64,000 nucleotides of DNA from positions 7,451 to 71,450 of the forward strand of contig JBBEBD010000056.1 in NCBI GenBank assembly GCA_040882525.1, in the 5' to 3' direction. Source of the DNA: Balneolaceae bacterium. GTDB taxonomy: Bacteria > Bacteroidota > Rhodothermia > Balneolales > Balneolaceae. Shown here piece by piece: positions 59,554-64,000 of the stretch; within the stretch, counting starts at the first letter, position 1, and each line of letters starts with the position of its first letter. The position numbers and the translations under genes are program-made. The notes under the pieces are model-generated. The model was not told where the DNA came from. It saw nothing but the letters and a program-made list of their open reading frames with translations, and did no database searches.

Positions 59554-60226
59554 ACTTCCATCTCCTCTTATCTTTAAGCATTTCTTCTGATTTCAACTGC
59601 TGAAATTCATTTAATAATAAAAAAAATCAGGCCCAATTATGCTCTTAAACATCACACGGAGCTTTTTTTGAGCACTTTGCAGAGGAGAAAAGCTATTTTG
59701 GAAGCGATTACAACTGGCTTATTGTTTCATAAAGGCACTTTTAAAAAAAACCAGATTTTTTTAAAAAATTTGCTTTAGAAAATAAAATTTTACGTTTACG
59801 TTGCTTTTTTGTGATTCCAGAAAGCGTTACCTGCGCATATTAATGGTTGCATCCGTTCTGCATCTTCTTTTACTCGGCTTAATAATCCTATGTCTATTCT
59901 GAAGATTTCGTAGCCTGCAGGTTTGACTTAAAGCATTCTGCATATTTATTTGATTTCATACAATCAGAATATAAGATTCATTTTTTTATATGCCTAAGAT
60001 CTTTAAGTATTCGATACATATGTTGATACAATCACCTTATTTCTTCTCTTTTTACTGCCTTCCCCAAACCATAAAAATTCTCTGATAGCGCTGTACTAAC
60101 AGGAAATATGATCTGTTTTGAAATTTAAACTTTTATCTCAGTTCATCAGTCCGTAACTTTCCTAAACTTCAAAATCGGCAAACTGGTGCAAACCACATTA
60201 TACGTTTCTACATATCAAAGTTTTTC

Positions 60227-60264
60227 AAAAATCCGACGCGGTTTTCCGTTGTCGGATTTTTTTT
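60227..60264 (+). terminator. terminator-like hairpin 53 nt upstream of the carA start (leader attenuator or sRNA terminator candidate)
   Basis: AAAAATCCGAC-gcggttttccgtt-GTCGGATTTTTTTT. This is an 11-bp stem including A-U pairs, with an 8-T tract. Confidence 0.5.
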
Positions 60265-60316
60265 GGTCCCTGCCCGACTCTCATTCCCTGAAATTCAATG
60301 TAATATCGTTTTATAG

Positions 60317-61438
60317 ATGATACCCAATCAACATTCTCCCTGCATCATTGCACTTTCCGACGGAACTGTGGCCCGCGGAAAATCAATCGGAAAAACCGGC
60401 ACCACAGGCGGTGAACTCTGCTTTAATACAAGTATGACCGGGTACCAGGAGATCTTTACCGATCCCAGTTACTACGGCCAGCTAATGATGATGACCTACC
60501 CGCATATCGGGAACTACGGAACCATGAGCCGCGATGATGAAGCCCGGAGAGTGATGATTGCCGGGTTGATTGTCCGCTCTTTTTCTGAAGAATATAGTAA
60601 TCCCATTGCTGATGGCAGCCTTCAGGAATACCTCGAAAGAAATGAAGTTGTAGGTATTACCGGCGTGGATACACGTAAGCTGGTTCGCCATATCCGCCAG
60701 GACGGTGTGATGAACGCCGTCATCAGCTCGGAAATCACCGATGAAAAGAAGTTAATTCAGATGGCAAAAGAGTGGGATTCGATGGAAGGCCTGGAGCTGG
60801 CTACCAGGATCACACGGAAAGAAGCACAAACCATCCCATCCGACGGGCCTTTTAAAATTGCCGCGTTTGATTACGGCATCAAACAGAATATCATCAATAA
60901 TTTTGTGGAGCGGGGGTGTACCCTCAGGATTTTTCCGGCTGAAGCCGACCTTAAAGATGTTAAAAAATGGAATGCTGACGGATATTTCTTCAGCAACGGA
61001 CCGGGAGACCCGAATGCATCTTCCCATTATGGACTTCCCATGATAGAACATGCAAAAGCAGAACAGAAACCCATTTTCGGTATCTGCCTGGGACATCAGC
61101 TGATGGCTTTGTCGGAAGGAATATCGGTTCGGAAAATGTTTGTAGGGCATCGCGGGGCTAATCAGCCGGTAAAGAATCTATCGAATGGTTTAGTGGAGAT
61201 TACCACACAAAATCATGGTTTTGCAGTGGATGAAAAATCTATTGATGAATCGGTTGTGGAGATTACTCATATCAACCTGAATGACCAGACAATTGAAGGT
61301 TTGAAATTCAAAAACTTCCCGGGAATGTCGGTGCAGTATCATCCTGAAGCATCCCCCGGCCCGCACGATTCTGCTTACTTATTCGACCAGTTCCTGGATA
61401 TGGTGAAGGAATCGAAAGGGGAAAAAGTCCCCCTTTGA
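60317..61438 (+). CDS. carA: carbamoyl-phosphate synthase small (glutaminase) subunit
   Basis: N-terminal CarA blocks are present (LSDGTVARGKSIG...GELCFNTSMTGYQEIFTDPSY), plus the GATase triad region (PIFGICLGHQL...QNHGF...HPE). Confidence 0.93.
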   Translation: MIPNQHSPCIIALSDGTVARGKSIGKTGTTGGELCFNTSMTGYQEIFTDPSYYGQLMMMTYPHIGNYGTMSRDDEARRVMIAGLIVRSFSEEYSNPIADGSLQEYLERNEVVGITGVDTRKLVRHIRQDGVMNAVISSEITDEKKLIQMAKEWDSMEGLELATRITRKEAQTIPSDGPFKIAAFDYGIKQNIINNFVERGCTLRIFPAEADLKDVKKWNADGYFFSNGPGDPNASSHYGLPMIEHAKAEQKPIFGICLGHQLMALSEGISVRKMFVGHRGANQPVKNLSNGLVEITTQNHGFAVDEKSIDESVVEITHINLNDQTIEGLKFKNFPGMSVQYHPEASPGPHDSAYLFDQFLDMVKESKGEKVPL

Positions 61439-61560
61439 AGGGGGAATGTGCAAGCGCGTTCAGCGTTTGCACCAGGGGGATGTTCTGTCGAAGTATAAAT
61501 CCGGAATCGAACACCCCTCCCTCCCGGAAAAACACCGGGAGTACTTCCGCCAGCTGGCGG
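61428..61560 (+). other. three GC-rich stem-loops in the carA-carB spacer
   Basis: TCCCCCTTTGAAGGGGGA (61428-61445) spans the carA TGA stop. CTCCCGG-aaaaaca-CCGGGAG lies at 61521-61541. The palindrome CCGCCAGCTGGCGG lies at 61547-61560. Confidence 0.5.
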
Positions 61561-61603
61561 AGAGACTATTAACATCCAACAATTTTAATTCAAAACTCAA
61601 AGA

Positions 61604-64000
61604 ATGCCACGTCGCGACGACATCCATAAAATTCTGATTATCGGCTCGGGCCCTATTGTTATTGGCCAGGCCTGCGAATTTGATTACTCCGGAACACAGG
61701 CCTGCCGCTCGTTAAAAGAGGAAGGTTATGAAGTAGTGCTGATTAATTCGAATCCGGCTACCATCATGACCGATCCTATGATGGCTGACGCTATTTACCT
61801 GAAGCCGCTGACAACCGAATCCGTCAAAGAAATTGTAGAGAAGGAAAAACCGGATGCTGTTCTGCCAACCATGGGCGGGCAAACCGCGCTTAACCTGGCA
61901 CGGGATCTTCAGCATGAAAGCTACTGGAAGAAAAATGGTATTCAGATTATTGGTGTGAATATGGATGCGGTGGATATCACCGAAGACCGCCAGCTGTTTC
62001 GGGACCTGATGGAAAAAATAGGTATAGAACAGTGCCGCAGCCGGACCGCGAATTCCCTGCTGGATGCAAAGGAAATAGTGGAAGAACTGGGCGGCCTGCC
62101 GATTGTGATCCGGCCTTCGTTTACACTGGGAGGAACCGGCGGCGGAATTGTTTGGAATGAAGATGAATTTGAACGAAAAATCCTGCGCGGACTTGAAATG
62201 AGCCCTGTTCACCAGATACTGATTGAAGAGAGCATTTTCGGCTGGAAAGAGTTCGAGCTGGAGCTTCTTCGTGATAAAAATGATAACGTTGTAATTGTCT
62301 GCCCGATCGAAAACCTCGACCCGATGGGCGTTCATACCGGCGACTCCGTAACCGTAGCCCCGACACAAACACTCACCGACAAACAGTACCAGCTGCTGCG
62401 TGATGCCGCCATCAAAATGATGCGTTCCATCGGCGATTTTGCCGGCGGTTGTAACGTACAGTTTGCCATGGAACCCGGAAGTGACCGGCTGGTAGCGATT
62501 GAAATCAACCCCCGGGTAAGCCGTTCATCCGCACTGGCCTCCAAAGCTACAGGATATCCCATTGCGAAAGTCGCCACTAAACTGGCTGTGGGTTATACCC
62601 TGGATGAGCTTCCGAATCCTATCACACAGGTTTCTTCCGCCTGTTTTGAACCGTCAATTGATTACGTGGTTGTAAAAATTCCACGGTTCAATTTTGATAA
62701 ATTCTCCGGTGTGGATGAAGAATTGACCACACAGATGAAAGCGGTGGGTGAAGTGATGTCCATCGGCCGGAATTTCCCGGAGGCCCTGAATAAAGCGTGG
62801 CAGTCACTCGAAATCGGACGAGCGGGGCTTGGTGCTGATGGGTATAAAAACCCCGACCGGAAAGAGGTTCGGGAGCGCCTGCTAAAGCCCTACTGGGACC
62901 GGACGCTCCAAATCCGAAATGCTTTCAAGATGGGAGCTTCGGTTGAAGAAATTGCCGATATTACGAAAGTTGATCCCTGGTTTCTGCAGCAGATCCGCTA
63001 CATGGTAACCCTCGAAAACCGAACCGAAGGACAGTCTCTTGATTCCATACCTGAGGAAGATCTTTTTGAACTGAAACAGGCAGGTTTTTCGGATGTACAG
63101 ATTGCCTGGCTGTTAAGCCGGAGCGGCAAAGAGGTGGCAGAAAATGATGTACGGCAGCACCGGCAATCACTGGATATGAAACCAAGCTTCAAACTCGTTG
63201 ATACCTGCGCTGCTGAATTTCCCGCACAAACTCCCTACTACTACTCTTCCTACGAATTCGAAAATGAAAGCGAGGTTACGGACCGGAAGAAAGTAATGAT
63301 TCTTGGAAGCGGGCCGAACCGCATCGGACAGGGGATTGAGTTTGACTACTCCTGCGTGCATGCAGTGATGGCCGTACAGGAAATGGGGTACGAAGCCATT
63401 ATGGTAAATTGTAACCCGGAAACCGTCTCCACAGATTTTGACATTGCCGATAAACTCTACTTTGAACCGGTTTTCTGGGAACGTGTTCTTGATATTTATG
63501 AACATGAAAAACCGGAAGGGGTGATCCTTCAGGTAGGCGGCCAAACCGCACTTAAACTCGGCAAGCGTTTTGTTGAAGCAGGAATTAATATCTATGGAAC
63601 AGATTTTGAAATGATCGATTTTGCGGAAGATCGCGGTGAATTTTCAAAATTCCTTGAAAAACTGAAAATTCCTTTTCCGGCTTACGGAACCGCACGGAAT
63701 GCCGAGGATGCCCTGGCCATAGCCCGGAGAATCGGGTACCCGGTGCTGATCAGGCCCAGTTATGTACTGGGCGGACAAGGTATGAGAATTGCCGTAAAAG
63801 AAGAGGAGCTCCGGAAGTATGTACAGCGAATCTTGGAAACCCATCCTGAAAATGATTTCCTCATCGATAAATACCTGGACAAAGCAGTAGAAGTAGATGT
63901 GGACTCGGTTTACGATGGCGAACAGCTCCACATTTCAGGTATTATGCAGCATATTGAACCGGCAGGGGTTCATTCAGGAGATTCAACAGCTGTACTGCCT
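61604..64000 (+). CDS. carB: carbamoyl-phosphate synthase large subunit (partial; continues past window end)
   Basis: Absent from the track because it has no in-window stop. The ATG at 61604 gives [58 protein letters not shown]..., and the frame is open for all 799 codons to base 64000. The second ATP-grasp half ([20 protein letters not shown]) is visible near 63290. Confidence 0.93.
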   Translation, partial: MPRRDDIHKILIIGSGPIVIGQACEFDYSGTQACRSLKEEGYEVVLINSNPATIMTDPMMADAIYLKPLTTESVKEIVEKEKPDAVLPTMGGQTALNLARDLQHESYWKKNGIQIIGVNMDAVDITEDRQLFRDLMEKIGIEQCRSRTANSLLDAKEIVEELGGLPIVIRPSFTLGGTGGGIVWNEDEFERKILRGLEMSPVHQILIEESIFGWKEFELELLRDKNDNVVIVCPIENLDPMGVHTGDSVTVAPTQTLTDKQYQLLRDAAIKMMRSIGDFAGGCNVQFAMEPGSDRLVAIEINPRVSRSSALASKATGYPIAKVATKLAVGYTLDELPNPITQVSSACFEPSIDYVVVKIPRFNFDKFSGVDEELTTQMKAVGEVMSIGRNFPEALNKAWQSLEIGRAGLGADGYKNPDRKEVRERLLKPYWDRTLQIRNAFKMGASVEEIADITKVDPWFLQQIRYMVTLENRTEGQSLDSIPEEDLFELKQAGFSDVQIAWLLSRSGKEVAENDVRQHRQSLDMKPSFKLVDTCAAEFPAQTPYYYSSYEFENESEVTDRKKVMILGSGPNRIGQGIEFDYSCVHAVMAVQEMGYEAIMVNCNPETVSTDFDIADKLYFEPVFWERVLDIYEHEKPEGVILQVGGQTALKLGKRFVEAGINIYGTDFEMIDFAEDRGEFSKFLEKLKIPFPAYGTARNAEDALAIARRIGYPVLIRPSYVLGGQGMRIAVKEEELRKYVQRILETHPENDFLIDKYLDKAVEVDVDSVYDGEQLHISGIMQHIEPAGVHSGDSTAVLP

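Noticed and set aside
59554-59800. Glutamine riboswitch or other known leader upstream of gltB
   Set aside because: I looked on the minus strand for glnA-RNA-like conserved strings and for a leader terminator, and found only an AGGAG-type ribosome-binding site and weak 5-bp hairpins. This needs cmscan to be definitive.
61712-63931. Minus-strand ORFs 61712..62368, 62121..62372, 62332..62577, 63167..63544 and 63644..63931
   Set aside because: They are antisense to the carB frame, which is open from 61604 to the window end and carries canonical CarB motifs.

Overview
A 64-kb chromosomal window from a Bacteroidota/Balneolota-type bacterium, judged from the SusC/SusD pair, the ECF sigma/FecR pair, many lipoprotein-type signal peptides and TAnnTTTG-like boxes. 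Bases 1 to about 37,950 form an accessory block of envelope proteins, almost all on the minus strand. It contains: (i) a ThuA-DUF1080 fusion, a PQQ quinohemoprotein dehydrogenase, a TonB-dependent receptor and a FucP-like MFS permease; (ii) CBM9/DUF5916-like and DUF3500-like proteins; (iii) an ECF-sigma/anti-sigma-controlled SusC(STN)/SusD locus whose cargo has no classical CAZyme (second ThuA-DUF1080, DUF6807/PmoA-like, RCC1 propeller, ThuA, two >1100-aa FG-GAP/VCBS-ASPIC proteins, secreted amidohydrolase); (iv) an isolated DUF6266-like gene between long non-coding flanks; (v) a DUF1080-PA14 protein paired with a beta-propeller/cytochrome c dehydrogenase. The remainder is core metabolism: tatA (too short for the ORF track), a GH43-like gene, galT/galK plus an SSF symporter, alkaline phosphatase, esterase, a Nudix-type regulator, panD/panC, an E2 acyltransferase with two lipoyl domains, an AbgT transporter, gltD/gltB and carA/carB. 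The MFS gene and carB run off the window, so they are missing from the track. I found no rRNA, intact tRNA, CRISPR, transposase or integrase. Main leads: (1) DUF1080/ThuA modules recur next to heme-c dehydrogenases and TonB-dependent uptake, suggesting a periplasmic oxidative, non-hydrolytic glycoside pathway centred on a CAZyme-free PUL; (2) a 799-bp GC-rich repeat island with a strong terminator splits sigma from anti-sigma; (3) the GH43 gene is bracketed by a ~125-bp duplication of the galT-3'/tatA-5' junction, a Campbell-type insertion scar; (4) tandem MITE-like elements separate galT from galK. All family assignments come from reading motifs by eye and need HMM confirmation.
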